Below, one piece after another: positions 1 through 11,160 of a stretch of DNA of 64,000 bases. Position numbers and translations under genes: made by a program. This stretch comes from a virus: positions 72,267 through 136,266 of IMG/VR virus record IMGVR_UViG_3300035698_012962. One strand, 5' to 3'. Each line of letters starts with the position of its first letter. Positions within the stretch are counted from its first letter, which is position 1. Under the pieces are notes generated by a model that saw only the letters and a program-made list of their open reading frames with translations, did no database searches and was not told the origin of the DNA.

Positions 1-324
1 AATTTCATTATTCAATATTTGAAGTTGTGAAATTGAATTGGTTTTACCTGTCATGCTTTCTTCCAATTCGATTTGAAGTTGTTCTATTGCGGAATTTAAA
101 TCTCCAATTTCTTGTTGTAATTGATCATCTTCATTAACTAAATTATTTAACTCACCTCTTAAACTATCATTAGATAATAACTTTTCATTATATATTTCAG
201 TTAAAACTAAATCAGAATTCACATTTGGAAAATTAGGCTTTAACTCTACTACATTCGTATCTATCGCCCTTTTAAGTTGTGATACGTCATATATAGGTTT
301 TTCTAAATTAGTTTTAACATTCAT
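1..324 (-). CDS. Partial coiled-coil protein running off the window edge; paralogue of 37134..37760
   Basis: Not in the ORF track. ATG at 324, open to base 1: MNVKTNLEKPIYDVSQLKRAIDTNVVELKP...; shares KPxY...L(K/R)xA(I/V)DTNVVEL with 37134..37760. Confidence 0.8.
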   Translation of the reverse strand, partial: MNVKTNLEKPIYDVSQLKRAIDTNVVELKPNFPNVNSDLVLTEIYNEKLLSNDSLRGELNNLVNEDDQLQQEIGDLNSAIEQLQIELEESMTGKTNSISQLQILNNEI

Positions 325-325
325 T

Positions 326-1309
326 TTATTTTACAACTTTAAATGTAAATTTATTTTTATAATATTTTGTATCGTTATTTATAATTGTTTTAATAACTAA
401 TTCGTATACTCTTCCACTTTCCCAATCATTAAAATCTAATATAATGTAGTTTCCTTTTTCATCACAACTAACTTTAGAATAATCTGAAAATGGAATTATA
501 GTATCTTTTGTGATAAAATCTTGAACAGAAAAGAATGTTGATGTAGGTAAATATTTATTAACACTGAATCTAAAATACTCATCAAAATCTTTTATTGGGA
601 ATTGATCCCTTGCGTTTATTCTAATTGTATAAATATTATCTACTTTATATGAATCATCAAATAATATAACTATTCTACTTTCATCAATATCAACAGGTAG
701 TAACGAACCAGTAACGTGAGTTTGGTCATCCCACCCTATTCTCAATTTCGGTTGATGTATTGTGTGTGATTCTTTACTAAAGAATTTTAATACACCTGTT
801 CCATTAGTAGATGTTTCACCAAACTCATCAAATTTAATTAAAAATCCATCGTTAATAATTGAACCACTTATTACTTCACCAACTAATGGTAAAATATCTA
901 ATGCTAAATCTGCAGTGGAATATTCAAATGTATGAGATCCGGAAATGCTTGAATAATAATCACTTCCACTTTCTGCCCATTGTACATTTTCACTTTTTTC
1001 ACTCCAATTAACACCTGTTATATCATTTTGTTCTAATTTTTTACCAATTCCCATATCCCAACTTCCAGATACTAAATATCCTTCGATGGAATAATCTAAT
1101 GGTATTTCGGTACTTTCCGTTTCAGATAACAATAAAGTAGCTTCTTCTATATTATTGATATCTTCTAAATTAAAATGAATAAGAATCCTGCTTACACCAC
1201 CTTCATAGTGAGTACTCCCTATCTCTAATATAGAATCTAACCCAGTGTTTGTATTAGGGTTATTTTGATATATAGTAGCATCTTTTGTTGATTTTAATAA
1301 TTTATACAT
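326..1309 (-). CDS. Putative virion/baseplate-associated beta-rich protein (DNRLRE-like)
   Basis: 327 aa; KDATIY...SRILIHF...FFSKES..PKLRI pattern; directly downstream of the baseplate wedge gene. Confidence 0.5.
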   Translation of the reverse strand: MYKLLKSTKDATIYQNNPNTNTGLDSILEIGSTHYEGGVSRILIHFNLEDINNIEEATLLLSETESTEIPLDYSIEGYLVSGSWDMGIGKKLEQNDITGVNWSEKSENVQWAESGSDYYSSISGSHTFEYSTADLALDILPLVGEVISGSIINDGFLIKFDEFGETSTNGTGVLKFFSKESHTIHQPKLRIGWDDQTHVTGSLLPVDIDESRIVILFDDSYKVDNIYTIRINARDQFPIKDFDEYFRFSVNKYLPTSTFFSVQDFITKDTIIPFSDYSKVSCDEKGNYIILDFNDWESGRVYELVIKTIINNDTKYYKNKFTFKVVK

Positions 1310-3321
1310 TATAGTACTCGTCCTCGGATATCTTGGTTTGGGTATTTCAATTCAAACACACATGGATCTAATGAAGGGTAAATCATGCGGTTCTGTGTAG
1401 AATCTTTAATATTATATGAGTTAGGTGAATATACACCCCCACATTTATTTTTAATTTCTAAAGATGGAACAGCTGATACACCTTCTATTCTTGCTATCAA
1501 TACTTCTATTTCACTTAAATTTATCGGCATGTTAAATGTCCAGTTATCAATATTGAAATAATCTTTTAGTTCTTCAATGGCCTCTAATAATACTTCTCTT
1601 TTATTATAGTTTGGATATACAATAATATCAAATTCTACTCCGATGTTTACGATAAACCCATCAGTAATATTAACACCATCTGTTAGCATTCGATATTCAT
1701 TTAAATATGTTTTTAAATTTTGCTTGATTGCGGGATTAATATTTGTTAAATTTTGATTAGAATCATAACCTAAAACATATAAGTTAACGGCAAACGGATT
1801 GTTTTTTTCATCATAGTTATTTTTCTTTCCAACTAAAAAGTTCTTAACACTTTCTTTCACTTCATTCTTATCTATATCAACGCGAGATGAATATTCCAAT
1901 ATCAAATTAGAAAATTCTTCTAATGAAGAAGGGGTAGATAGAATAGAAGCAGGTGAATTATTATCCAATTCTCCGTCTGCAGTAGCGTATGCCTTTGTTA
2001 CACTTCCATATTTTGGTGGAAGTGATAATGTTCGAACTATATAATCTTTTTTAGTTACTGCTCTGTTCTGTGCTCCAAAATTTGCTAAAGAGTTTTCTCT
2101 TATTTCCTCTAATGATTCAGCTCCTCTCCCACCAACTGCTGGTACTTCATTTTCAACTGCCACTGAAGATTGAATGGATGTTACTAATTGAACTTGTTGT
2201 GGAGATAACGTAGAAAAGTCCACATCAAATTCTATATTCACGATTCTAGTCAGATCACCTACTGCTACGTTTGTTTCTAAACCACCTCCTTTAAGATATT
2301 TAATTGTTAATGTTGTGTTCGCAGGCGATAGACCGTATGATCGTGTTTTTAAAAAGTTTGTAGGATCGAATGAATCATTTACCCTACTGATTGAATTTCT
2401 TGAACCAAGACCTACATTTTTAAAGTTGGGAACTAATAATTCATCTCTATTTTCTGGGTTTCCTACTCCAAATGTCAATGTAGTTGTATTATTTTCATTA
2501 ACCTTTGTTACAAATCTTCTTGGTGTTTTTAATAATTTTAAAACGTATGGTACTGAATTTTTATACTGTGATAATGAAGGATCGTTTATCTCTGTATTAG
2601 GATAATCTATATATATCATTTCTTGTGCTAAATACGGAACTTCATACCATTTTGTTCCATTTTCATCCCTAACATCTTCTATTGAGATAACATTTGTATC
2701 TGTTAAATTAATCGTATTAAATGGTGTTGGTGAACCAAAATCAAATGATCTAGTTTCAACTGTAGCTGATATCGCATCTATGTATTTTTTAACCAAATAA
2801 AACTCTGGCACATCAGTTGTTTCATTAGTTTGATACACAGAAATCTCTCTGTCATATTCAACTGAAAAATCTAGCGATTCAGTAGTAACAAATCGAAGTT
2901 CGGAATTAGATTGTGATTCCACTTCCATTCCAGGTTTAATCTTTATAAAATATCGTTCATCAGGTACGTATTCTCCACTCTTTTCAATAGATGGTACTAA
3001 CTGATATACCGTTAGTGTCGTTATTGCAGGTGAAGTTACTTTTGGTTTATATCCTAAGTATTGCGCTAATGATAAAACATTTCGCTTATCTTGTGCGTGA
3101 ACCATTAATGATTCTTTTAATGTATCGTCAATATAATATGATAGTACATCACCTACATAAGAACTCATTTCAATAAATAACATTCCCGGTGATGATTCAT
3201 TAAAATCCGAAAATGTTTTTGGAAAGTATGTTTTAGAAAAATCAATAAGTTGTTCTCTAAAAGATGAAAAATCTTTATTTAAGTATTGAATATTTCGTTT
3301 TTGTATTTTTGGTGTTGCCAT
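1309..3321 (-). CDS. Baseplate wedge subunit (T4 gp6/BpJ-like)
   Basis: YLNKDF..FR..L, DFNESSPGMLFIE, GG..AES.EEIR, QNRAVTKKDY motifs. Confidence 0.9.
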   Translation of the reverse strand: MATPKIQKRNIQYLNKDFSSFREQLIDFSKTYFPKTFSDFNESSPGMLFIEMSSYVGDVLSYYIDDTLKESLMVHAQDKRNVLSLAQYLGYKPKVTSPAITTLTVYQLVPSIEKSGEYVPDERYFIKIKPGMEVESQSNSELRFVTTESLDFSVEYDREISVYQTNETTDVPEFYLVKKYIDAISATVETRSFDFGSPTPFNTINLTDTNVISIEDVRDENGTKWYEVPYLAQEMIYIDYPNTEINDPSLSQYKNSVPYVLKLLKTPRRFVTKVNENNTTTLTFGVGNPENRDELLVPNFKNVGLGSRNSISRVNDSFDPTNFLKTRSYGLSPANTTLTIKYLKGGGLETNVAVGDLTRIVNIEFDVDFSTLSPQQVQLVTSIQSSVAVENEVPAVGGRGAESLEEIRENSLANFGAQNRAVTKKDYIVRTLSLPPKYGSVTKAYATADGELDNNSPASILSTPSSLEEFSNLILEYSSRVDIDKNEVKESVKNFLVGKKNNYDEKNNPFAVNLYVLGYDSNQNLTNINPAIKQNLKTYLNEYRMLTDGVNITDGFIVNIGVEFDIIVYPNYNKREVLLEAIEELKDYFNIDNWTFNMPINLSEIEVLIARIEGVSAVPSLEIKNKCGGVYSPNSYNIKDSTQNRMIYPSLDPCVFELKYPNQDIRGRVL

Positions 3322-3322
3322 A

Positions 3323-3757
3323 TTATCCTGTTATAGTAAATTGTATTGTATCTGTTTCTAGCGTCTTTCCCATTTTAAACTCTAACGTAACATCTATTCT
3401 ATTTCTATCTATATTTTCTGGTGATAAATCTACATCTATATTTTCTATTACGATATAAGGTAACCATTTTTTAATAGCACTATCTATTGAATCAAATACT
3501 CTATCTGAGAAATTTTCATCATTAATTTGTTCAAACATTAATTTATGAAGATCTGTACCAAAATCAGAGTGTATTATTCTCTCACCCTTTCTAGTTTGTA
3601 ATAAATTTCTTAAATTTGATTTGGCTTGCTCTATTGTTGTGTAGTTAATATCGAAATATGAACGATTACCTCTTTCAATGGGAAGTTTTAATCCTAGTCC
3701 GTAATCACCAAATTCGGTAGTATCAACTACATTCTTTCTTCCTATTTCGTAAGCCAT
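3323..3757 (-). CDS. Baseplate protein, gp25/GPW-like
   Basis: NLRNLLQTRKGERIIHSDFGTDL...KWLPYI signature; next to the wedge gene. Confidence 0.9.
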   Translation of the reverse strand: MAYEIGRKNVVDTTEFGDYGLGLKLPIERGNRSYFDINYTTIEQAKSNLRNLLQTRKGERIIHSDFGTDLHKLMFEQINDENFSDRVFDSIDSAIKKWLPYIVIENIDVDLSPENIDRNRIDVTLEFKMGKTLETDTIQFTITG

Positions 3758-3761
3758 TTAT

Positions 3762-4391
3762 TTATTTCTTTTTATTCATATGTTTCATTAATTCTGAGTA
3801 ATCTCTTGTTAATGCCTTTATAACTGGCTGTGTATTCGGATCGTTAATATCAACAGTCCTACCAGAGTGAGTTGAAGAAGGAATCATAGATGCTTTAGAA
3901 AACTCACCATATCCTAATTTTTGTGCTAAATCTCCCTGTCCATTTGAACTTCTACCTGCTACACTATTTACATTACTTGAATTTACACTAATTGTACGTT
4001 CATCTGTTTCAAACGGTATAGTAGAATCATACCCACCCGCCATTTGTCCTGGTTTATAATTAGATGCAGTTTCATTTAACATTTTATTAATCATAGGATC
4101 TTTACTAAAATTCTTTTCCTGTTCTCTATGAGTGTTCAGTGCTGCTTCCGCTTTATCGAACGGATCTTCAATTTCATCTAATTGTGTTTGTTTAGATGGA
4201 GTAGTATTGCTTGAAGTTACAGTTACTTTTTTAGTTTCCTTCAAAATTCTCTTTTCTGCTTTCTTTACTTCAAATTTAACCACTTCTTTAACTAATTTTG
4301 GAAGATTCTTTTTAATCTCTTCTTTAATTAGTATTTGTATAGCTTCTAATAACTTATCAGTATTAATTTTATTTTTTTTACCAGTATTCAT
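3762..4391 (-). CDS. Hypothetical late-region protein
   Basis: 209 aa ORF ending ALTRDYSELMK; TATTTATA motif upstream. Confidence 0.7.
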   Translation of the reverse strand: MNTGKKNKINTDKLLEAIQILIKEEIKKNLPKLVKEVVKFEVKKAEKRILKETKKVTVTSSNTTPSKQTQLDEIEDPFDKAEAALNTHREQEKNFSKDPMINKMLNETASNYKPGQMAGGYDSTIPFETDERTISVNSSNVNSVAGRSSNGQGDLAQKLGYGEFSKASMIPSSTHSGRTVDINDPNTQPVIKALTRDYSELMKHMNKKK

Positions 4392-4448
4392 TTTATTAAT
4401 ATTTTGTTTGTACTATATAAATATAAAAAACATAAAAAATGGATAAAA

Positions 4449-5027
4449 TCATTTAACCATATAACCAGTCCAAAAAATAATACCTGGACCCGGAGTGCCA
4501 AATGGTGGATATAAAGAAGTAGTCGTTATTAATCCTGATACGGTTTGAAGATGTGCCTGTGCTATAATAATAAAATTATCTAACCATCCTTCAACATTTT
4601 GTGTAGGTAGTGTAGGTAAGTCAATTGTCCACTGTCCTGGATTGACTATTGTGTGTGAAATAATTCCTATATTGGAAAATGAACCTGGAGCTGGTATCCA
4701 AGGGATTCCTGTTCCTGGTGGTGATTTAGGTGAGGGAAATGTTGCACCAATTCCTCCTGTCCAATAACTCATAACTGCATTTCCTAAATTTCGTAATAAG
4801 GGTCCTTGGTTTGGATTTCGCTGTTGTATTAATAATGTACCATTCACTATTGTAGACATTATTTCAGTATTTCCTTTTTGTAGTGGTACGTAGTTTACCA
4901 TATCGTATCCTCTACGGATGCAACTATCATATTCACTTACAAACTTACGAACATAATCATCTACTGAAACAGAATTTGGATTCTGTTGTAGTTGTGTCAT
5001 TCGTTGTTTAAAGATTTGCCATGACAT
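4449..5027 (-). CDS. Hypothetical baseplate-region protein
   Basis: 192 aa Pro/Gly-rich ORF directly after the spike-like gene. Confidence 0.65.
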   Translation of the reverse strand: MSWQIFKQRMTQLQQNPNSVSVDDYVRKFVSEYDSCIRRGYDMVNYVPLQKGNTEIMSTIVNGTLLIQQRNPNQGPLLRNLGNAVMSYWTGGIGATFPSPKSPPGTGIPWIPAPGSFSNIGIISHTIVNPGQWTIDLPTLPTQNVEGWLDNFIIIAQAHLQTVSGLITTTSLYPPFGTPGPGIIFWTGYMVK

Positions 5028-5028
5028 T

Positions 5029-6297
5029 TTAAGAAGTTTTATTCTGTTTACTTAACATTGTTCTTAATTTAGATTTTATATTTCTAAATTGTGTTTGATT
5101 TAATGGGGCAACGGATGTTGGCCCTGAAGGGGTAGCGTATGATTGTTTAAGAATAGCATCAATCATGTCCGACATCAAATCTAATAAAGTATCACCCAAT
5201 ACCACAGGTTCTAATCCCTTATTACCCAAATTGATCTTACCGTTACCAGTATTAAGAAATATGTTTTTATCGTTTGTAATAATATCAATATTATCTTTTA
5301 CTTCACCAAAAATACCACCTCTTAGATCAAATGAGAAATTGCTATCACTTATTATCCCTATATTCCCCTTTGAATAGAATAACGTTTCAGCACTTCTAGA
5401 TGAAAAAATTAATCTACCAGATGAGAGGATAACTTGATCACCTTTCAGTGTGTTTGGGTAATTTTTAAATGAATTAGGTTTGGTTTTAAAATCACTATTG
5501 AAGTTTTTATCAACAGTACCAGGAATAAAATTAACAATTCTACTTCCAGATGTTATCCATATAGAAGTACCATCTCTATTCACATCTTCTGTTGTTATAT
5601 CACCTATTAGCTTATCATTTTTAGAAAGAGAACTTTCGCTATTTCTAATTAAGATAGATGGATTAAAATCTTTCTTTGATTTTCCACCTTCATACCCATT
5701 AAATCTAATTGATTGTCCAAATCGGCTTTCTAATAAAACATCTCCTTCGAATAACTCCAATCTATGTATTTTTTCATCACCTTTAAACTTATCACCTAAT
5801 ACATTGTCTTTATTATTTTTTACTGGATTATTTCTTGGTATACCTGTTTTACTATTTTTTGAGTAAGATGGGATTGGATTTGGGGTAGGTTCATTAAATT
5901 CCTTTGCATCCTTTAATGATTCTAAAAGAGTAGAATCTGCTGTAACATTTGGAGTATTGTGTGAGAAAATTACTTTATAGTAGAAATCTCCCGATACTTC
6001 AATTAATTCAACTATTTCGTTTTTTAAAGGTAGTCGAATGAAGTTTCTATCATATGGGAATGCAATGTCAAAGTTATTTTCATCAATAACTCCCTGTGAT
6101 ATGTGTGAGAATCGAATTGCTCCAATATAATTTGTTCCTTTTGGTAAGGTATCATTTTCTACGTCTAAATCTGGGATAATATCATTATACTCATCAATAT
6201 TTAGAATAATATCGTTTACTACACCTAATTTATTAGATTTAGAATGAGAAGGAGTTTGGGATAGATTGGTAGATATATTTGAAATACTTTTTATCAT
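5029..6297 (-). CDS. Baseplate hub/spike protein (gp5/gpV-like)
   Basis: LPLKNEIV, EGD..LESRFGQSIRF, beta-rich C-terminus, INLG...EPVVLGD, TPSGPT. Confidence 0.7.
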   Translation of the reverse strand: MIKSISNISTNLSQTPSHSKSNKLGVVNDIILNIDEYNDIIPDLDVENDTLPKGTNYIGAIRFSHISQGVIDENNFDIAFPYDRNFIRLPLKNEIVELIEVSGDFYYKVIFSHNTPNVTADSTLLESLKDAKEFNEPTPNPIPSYSKNSKTGIPRNNPVKNNKDNVLGDKFKGDEKIHRLELFEGDVLLESRFGQSIRFNGYEGGKSKKDFNPSILIRNSESSLSKNDKLIGDITTEDVNRDGTSIWITSGSRIVNFIPGTVDKNFNSDFKTKPNSFKNYPNTLKGDQVILSSGRLIFSSRSAETLFYSKGNIGIISDSNFSFDLRGGIFGEVKDNIDIITNDKNIFLNTGNGKINLGNKGLEPVVLGDTLLDLMSDMIDAILKQSYATPSGPTSVAPLNQTQFRNIKSKLRTMLSKQNKTS

Positions 6298-6689
6298 TAT
6301 TCTATTTCAAATTTCTTTTTTAGGGAATTTACTTCACTTTCAAATACTTCTACTTCATTATTAATTCTTAATTCTTCAACACTATCGAGTAATTGCTTCT
6401 TTTCATCTTCTGTTAATATATTACTACCCTCATCTACCTTATTGGTAACAGATTGAATCTTTTGTGCGATTTGAGCTAATTTGATTAATTGCTCATCGTT
6501 TTTTACAGCCTCTTTCATTAAATCACTAATCAATGGAAGTAAATTAAGTAAATCTGCTTTCTCTACTATTTTAAGACGTACCTCGTCTATAAAAGAATTG
6601 ATTTTTATTTTTTTCTGTACTTGGTTAGTGTAAATATCTTCGAATAAATCTGATAGTTTTTTTCCCTTAAATAATGTATAATCTTCCAT
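6297..6689 (-). CDS. Hypothetical helical protein
   Basis: 130 aa ORF coupled to the spike gene; TATTTATA motif upstream. Confidence 0.7.
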   Translation of the reverse strand: MEDYTLFKGKKLSDLFEDIYTNQVQKKIKINSFIDEVRLKIVEKADLLNLLPLISDLMKEAVKNDEQLIKLAQIAQKIQSVTNKVDEGSNILTEDEKKQLLDSVEELRINNEVEVFESEVNSLKKKFEIE

Positions 6690-6733
6690 AATATAGTTAT
6701 CCCTTTAACTATAAATATATAAAGAAATTATTT

Positions 6734-7459
6734 TCAGTACCAAAACCCGTTTTCTTCTGTATCGCTTATATCACCATTTTCAAAGAAGTCACTCATTATC
6801 TGTTGATTATATTCTTTCATTACTTTAATAACCTTTGTAATGTAGTGAGTTTTAACACCCGTCATTTCTCTGATAAGAAGATATAAATGTTTTTTATTGA
6901 AGTTTTCTACATATTTAGATCTTCTTAATAACTCTAATATAGAATCCGCGATTTGCATATCTCTCTTTTTGATAAAGATTGAGTTTAGATTTGCTTCCCA
7001 AAAATCTAATATAATGTGTTTTAGTTCTTGGTATTCATCACTTAATTCTTGTTCATCAAAATCATTTTCAATATCCCAATACACCGGCATTTCCGATATA
7101 TGAGTAAGTTTCTTGACCTTTTTATAGCCCTTCATATTACTCATCGTTAAATGATTTCTTGCAATAACCGTGAAGTATGAAAAGGCCTTTCCCTTCCCCT
7201 CCTCATACATATGAATTTTTTCAATTAACTGTGAAACAATTTCTGCTTTACTGTCTTCAACATCCGTTTCTAAATAAGAAGTGGATGACTTGAATGTATG
7301 ATATGCATTTTCTGCTAATTTTTCAAATGGGTATTGAATATACTCATTATATATTTTATTTTTCTTAGCTCTATCATTTGTATTATTATACCGTATTATA
7401 GCTTCTTCTGTCTCTTTTGTAAAGTAATTTTTACTCTTTTTCTTTTTCGTTTTCGTCAT
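6734..7459 (-). CDS. Phage sigma factor, T4 gp55 (late sigma)-like
   Basis: NYFTKETEEAI...KLAEN...GKAFSYFTVIARN resembles the region-2 AF(A/S)YFT motif; start placed at MTKTKK. Confidence 0.65.
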   Translation of the reverse strand: MTKTKKKKSKNYFTKETEEAIIRYNNTNDRAKKNKIYNEYIQYPFEKLAENAYHTFKSSTSYLETDVEDSKAEIVSQLIEKIHMYEEGKGKAFSYFTVIARNHLTMSNMKGYKKVKKLTHISEMPVYWDIENDFDEQELSDEYQELKHIILDFWEANLNSIFIKKRDMQIADSILELLRRSKYVENFNKKHLYLLIREMTGVKTHYITKVIKVMKEYNQQIMSDFFENGDISDTEENGFWY

Positions 7460-7727
7460 AAATTGTAGTATTTCCACTGATTAATTTGTAATAAAATTGA
7501 ATCATCTCTTTAAGTTGTGTAAAGATAGTTCCAACTTCATCGTCTTTTTCAAACATTTGTTGATTATCAATCTCTCGTAAGTCTGATAGTAATTTATTAA
7601 TTAATACAAAAATTCGAATACGATCTTCTTCGTACGTTTCTATTTTCTTTATAGAATTCCAACATGCATATGTTAGTACTAAATTAATTATCATTGAAAT
7701 GATTAATACGATTACAATTGTTTCCAT
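7431..7727 (-). CDS. Small membrane-anchored protein
   Basis: N-terminal hydrophobic helix; FEKDDEVG motif. Confidence 0.65.
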   Translation of the reverse strand: METIVIVLIISMIINLVLTYACWNSIKKIETYEEDRIRIFVLINKLLSDLREIDNQQMFEKDDEVGTIFTQLKEMIQFYYKLISGNTTIYDENEKEKE

Positions 7728-7736
7728 ATTCTTTGT

Positions 7737-8291
7737 TTAAAGGTTAAATGAATATCCACTAAAGTTATGTAGATATTCTGTTATTGAGGTTCCATTTCCA
7801 TCTTGTGATACTTCACCATATTGTAAGTATCTACGTGTTCGATATGGTCCCAGTAAATGTGCTGCTGCCAATATTCCGCTTTTTGTTATTTGATTTCCGT
7901 TTATAACAGATCCATCATATTGGTAAATGAAATCTTCTAATATTTCTTTATTATGATTTAAAAGAGTGATCATTACTTCATCTTGCAATAAAGAATTATT
8001 AAGGAACTCGTATCGTGTAATATCATAACCTAGTCGTTTAATTAATGAAAAGGAAAACTGATATTTACCCATATACCCAAATCTATTAATTACATAATGT
8101 CTATTATTAGATTCTTTATATGCTATCGCTGTTAAAAAATCATTTAGACCAGGAGGTGGTGGCAACTCTTTTATTTCATCTATATATACCACTTTAGTTT
8201 CAGTTGGTATATAGTGATTAATCTTTTTTAATGATATTCCTGATAAATTTGCTATTAAAAATATTAATACAAATGTTATTTTAGTTTTCAT
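7737..8291 (-). CDS. Lysozyme-like/lytic transglycosylase with N-terminal signal anchor
   Basis: AIAYKES (catalytic Glu), GYMGKYQF, AAAHLLG. Confidence 0.7.
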   Translation of the reverse strand: MKTKITFVLIFLIANLSGISLKKINHYIPTETKVVYIDEIKELPPPPGLNDFLTAIAYKESNNRHYVINRFGYMGKYQFSFSLIKRLGYDITRYEFLNNSLLQDEVMITLLNHNKEILEDFIYQYDGSVINGNQITKSGILAAAHLLGPYRTRRYLQYGEVSQDGNGTSITEYLHNFSGYSFNL

Positions 8292-8322
8292 TAGTTTTAT
8301 ATTAAGTTAGTATTAGTATAGA

Positions 8323-8785
8323 TTATGCATCTCCACCTTCACCCCAGTATAATTCAGAAATTTCAGATGGATCAGCTTTTTTATTTATTGATTTTTTTTC
8401 TTTAATCTTTTCAATTCGGTTTTTTAAATTAACAGAATATTCATCTTTATCAATAATATTATTAATATACAACATATCTAACAAAGAGTCAATTATTGCA
8501 CCATAAAAAACTAAAGTTGTTTGTAATACTTTAATTTGTTTCTCATCCATTTAATAAAAATTTGGTTTTTTCTACAAAATCTTCTTCATCCTCATCATCT
8601 CCAAATGATTTTCTTATACTTGAATTTGCATATCCTACTGAATACGCAAGTCGCATACACATCCTCTTAAATTCTTTTATATCCATATCAATAGGTACTT
8701 CAAATTTAATTTTCGTAGCTTCCCTGTTATCATTAGATTGTACCTCATATGATAGTATACATTTTTCTTCTTTATAATAATTCAT
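8323..8785 (-). CDS. Two small hypothetical proteins (8323..8550, 8543..8785)
   Basis: Overlapping start/stop packing with neighbours. Confidence 0.6.
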
Positions 8786-9530
8786 AATTTCCTGTTTTCA
8801 TTAGTTTAGTAGCATGTTTGTACTTTATATACATCGTCGTATCATCATCCACATTTTTAATCATAACTTTTTCGTTTCTACCATAAGTATTAGTTTTTTC
8901 AATTTGTGGATTATAACGTACTAAATCATCTGTGATTAACAACCCATCCAAATGCCCAATCTCATGTTGAACTACTACAGATTCAAGTAAACCTTCGTCC
9001 TTCAATAATTCATTTCCACCTTGTTTCCATTTAGTAGAATCTGGGCCGAATTCAATTATACCCAAATTATCTGTTTTAATAGTTATATGAGAAACCCTCA
9101 TTGTTCGTTTTGGTTTTTTAATTGTCTTTGGTATAGATAAGCAAGATTCTACATATACGATTCGCTCTCCAGCAGTATCCGTACTCACATGGCCCCATTT
9201 AACAATTGTAGGGTTAATAAGAACCAATGGTTCTTTTACGTTTACAATACATGCTCTATGTGGAACTCCTATTTGATTTGCTGAAAGACCTAACCCTCCT
9301 TCTTTTATTAAAGTAACAAACAACTCTGCAGTTACCTTATCCATTTCATCTTTAGTCATTTCCGATTCTTCTACCTTTTGTTTTAGTATAGAAGTATCTG
9401 TTGTGATTTGTCTAGGTGTAGTATTTTCTACAACTTCTTTTGATAAATACTCTAACCCTTCATTGGCTTGGTTAGGCACATTATCTGATATGTTTATATC
9501 TTCATCCATTTCTTGTATTTTATTTTGCAT
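8772..9530 (-). CDS. def: Peptide deformylase
   Basis: GLGLSANQ, ESCLS and QHEIGHLDG motifs. Confidence 0.9.
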   Translation of the reverse strand: MQNKIQEMDEDINISDNVPNQANEGLEYLSKEVVENTTPRQITTDTSILKQKVEESEMTKDEMDKVTAELFVTLIKEGGLGLSANQIGVPHRACIVNVKEPLVLINPTIVKWGHVSTDTAGERIVYVESCLSIPKTIKKPKRTMRVSHITIKTDNLGIIEFGPDSTKWKQGGNELLKDEGLLESVVVQHEIGHLDGLLITDDLVRYNPQIEKTNTYGRNEKVMIKNVDDDTTMYIKYKHATKLMKTGNYELL

Positions 9531-9535
9531 ATTAT

Positions 9536-10105
9536 TTATTTTTGATTTAGTGCCTTTGCTATTTTATTTCCTAATTTTTTATATTCATCTGTTTGTTCCA
9601 ATCCTACTTGTAAATGTCTAAGTGAATTTTTAGATGGGTCTATACCTGTTATTTTCGGTGGTAATAATTTCCAAATAAAATCTTTTTGTTCTTGTGTAAT
9701 TCCATCTTTATTTATCACTTCAGATGCTGTGATAGGTGGAGTTCGAGGCCAATTCCTCTCCGAGCCAACTCTTAATCTAGCTCTAATTACTTTTTTGTCT
9801 TGAAAATAATCATCTGTAGCTTTGTTGAATTCTTCAATTTCTAATAAGTTTTGTTCTAATATAGTATCTATTAATTTACCAGCTAGTTGTCTTCGTACTT
9901 CTTTTAACAATGCTTCTCTTTCATGTGGGTGATGGTGTGGATGATTCATTGTGTCATCTATAGTTACCTCTGCTACAATTTCGGTTGATTGTGGTTTTGA
10001 AGGTGGTTGATAGGTTGGACGATATACACCCTCAAAATCAGCTATTGATGCGTTGTAATTTTTAATCCACTCTTTATCTATATTGTTAAAATTTAAAAGT
10101 GCCAT
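9536..10105 (-). CDS. Hypothetical protein
   Basis: 189 aa ORF between thyA and def. Confidence 0.65.
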   Translation of the reverse strand: MALLNFNNIDKEWIKNYNASIADFEGVYRPTYQPPSKPQSTEIVAEVTIDDTMNHPHHHPHEREALLKEVRRQLAGKLIDTILEQNLLEIEEFNKATDDYFQDKKVIRARLRVGSERNWPRTPPITASEVINKDGITQEQKDFIWKLLPPKITGIDPSKNSLRHLQVGLEQTDEYKKLGNKIAKALNQK

Positions 10106-10113
10106 TGTTATAC

Positions 10114-11160
10114 TTAATTACTTAATGGGAATTTTATTGTAGGGTGTGGATTGTAATTTTCTAATATGAAATCACCTTCTCCACATGAGTGCATTCCATC
10201 TCTGATATGAAGTGTGGGAAGTTTTCTGGGTTCTCTTTCTAATTGTTCCAATACGCCTGAAATTTGATCTTCATAAATATGACAATCTCCAAAATTACCT
10301 ATTAACATTTCTGGTACCATTCCTACTTCATCTGCTAACATAAGTAATAATATCCCATAACTAGCAATGTTAAACGGAATCCCCAATGGAAAATCACAAG
10401 AACGTTGATTCCATAATAAAGAGATACCCCGTCTTGGCGCTTCTTTATCTAAATCTACCTCACTCAAATCAATTTCTTCTTTACCAATAGTTCCCAAATC
10501 TCCTGTTAGTACTCTTTTTGCAAGATAATCTGCTCGTTCTTTACGTGTCAATTCTCGTGCCCACACTTGAAACCCATAATGACAAGGTGGAAGAACCATC
10601 TGTGATAACTGTTGTGGATTCCAAGCAGTAACCATCAATCGTCTACTATCTGGATTTTCCTTTAAATCATTTAACAAGTTTTTTAGTTGGTCAATTCCTG
10701 TCCTTGTATATTTAAGTTCACTTGTAATAGAATTGAATGATTTATGACCATTCCAATGTCTCCATTGGAAACCATATATTTTTCCTAGATCCCATATTGA
10801 ATCGTGGAATTTCTGGGAACGGTTCTTCTGTGTTCCCATTTTGATCATTTTTTCTAATGTATAAGGTACAGATGTAGAATTTAAGTAATTCTTGTACCAA
10901 TCACCATCCCAGATGTGTACCTTGTTTTTCCATAAATCACGAATATCTGAGGAGCCTGATATAAACCACAATAATTCTTCTTTTACAATTCGGAACGGAA
11001 CCCTTTTTGTGGTAAGGAGTGGGAATCCTTCTGCCATATTATGTTTAATCTGTTTACCAAATACAGAAAGTGTATCAACGCCAGTTCGATTTGTTTTCTT
11101 AACTCCATTTTCCAGTATCTCATTTAAGATTTCAAGGTATTGTTTATCTAAATTATTCAT
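10114..11160 (-). CDS. thyA: Thymidylate synthase
   Basis: NRTGVDT, FPLLTTK, PDSRR, LPPCH, QRSCDFPLGIPFNIASY, GDCHIY. Confidence 0.97.
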   Translation of the reverse strand: MNNLDKQYLEILNEILENGVKKTNRTGVDTLSVFGKQIKHNMAEGFPLLTTKRVPFRIVKEELLWFISGSSDIRDLWKNKVHIWDGDWYKNYLNSTSVPYTLEKMIKMGTQKNRSQKFHDSIWDLGKIYGFQWRHWNGHKSFNSITSELKYTRTGIDQLKNLLNDLKENPDSRRLMVTAWNPQQLSQMVLPPCHYGFQVWARELTRKERADYLAKRVLTGDLGTIGKEEIDLSEVDLDKEAPRRGISLLWNQRSCDFPLGIPFNIASYGILLLMLADEVGMVPEMLIGNFGDCHIYEDQISGVLEQLEREPRKLPTLHIRDGMHSCGEGDFILENYNPHPTIKFPLSN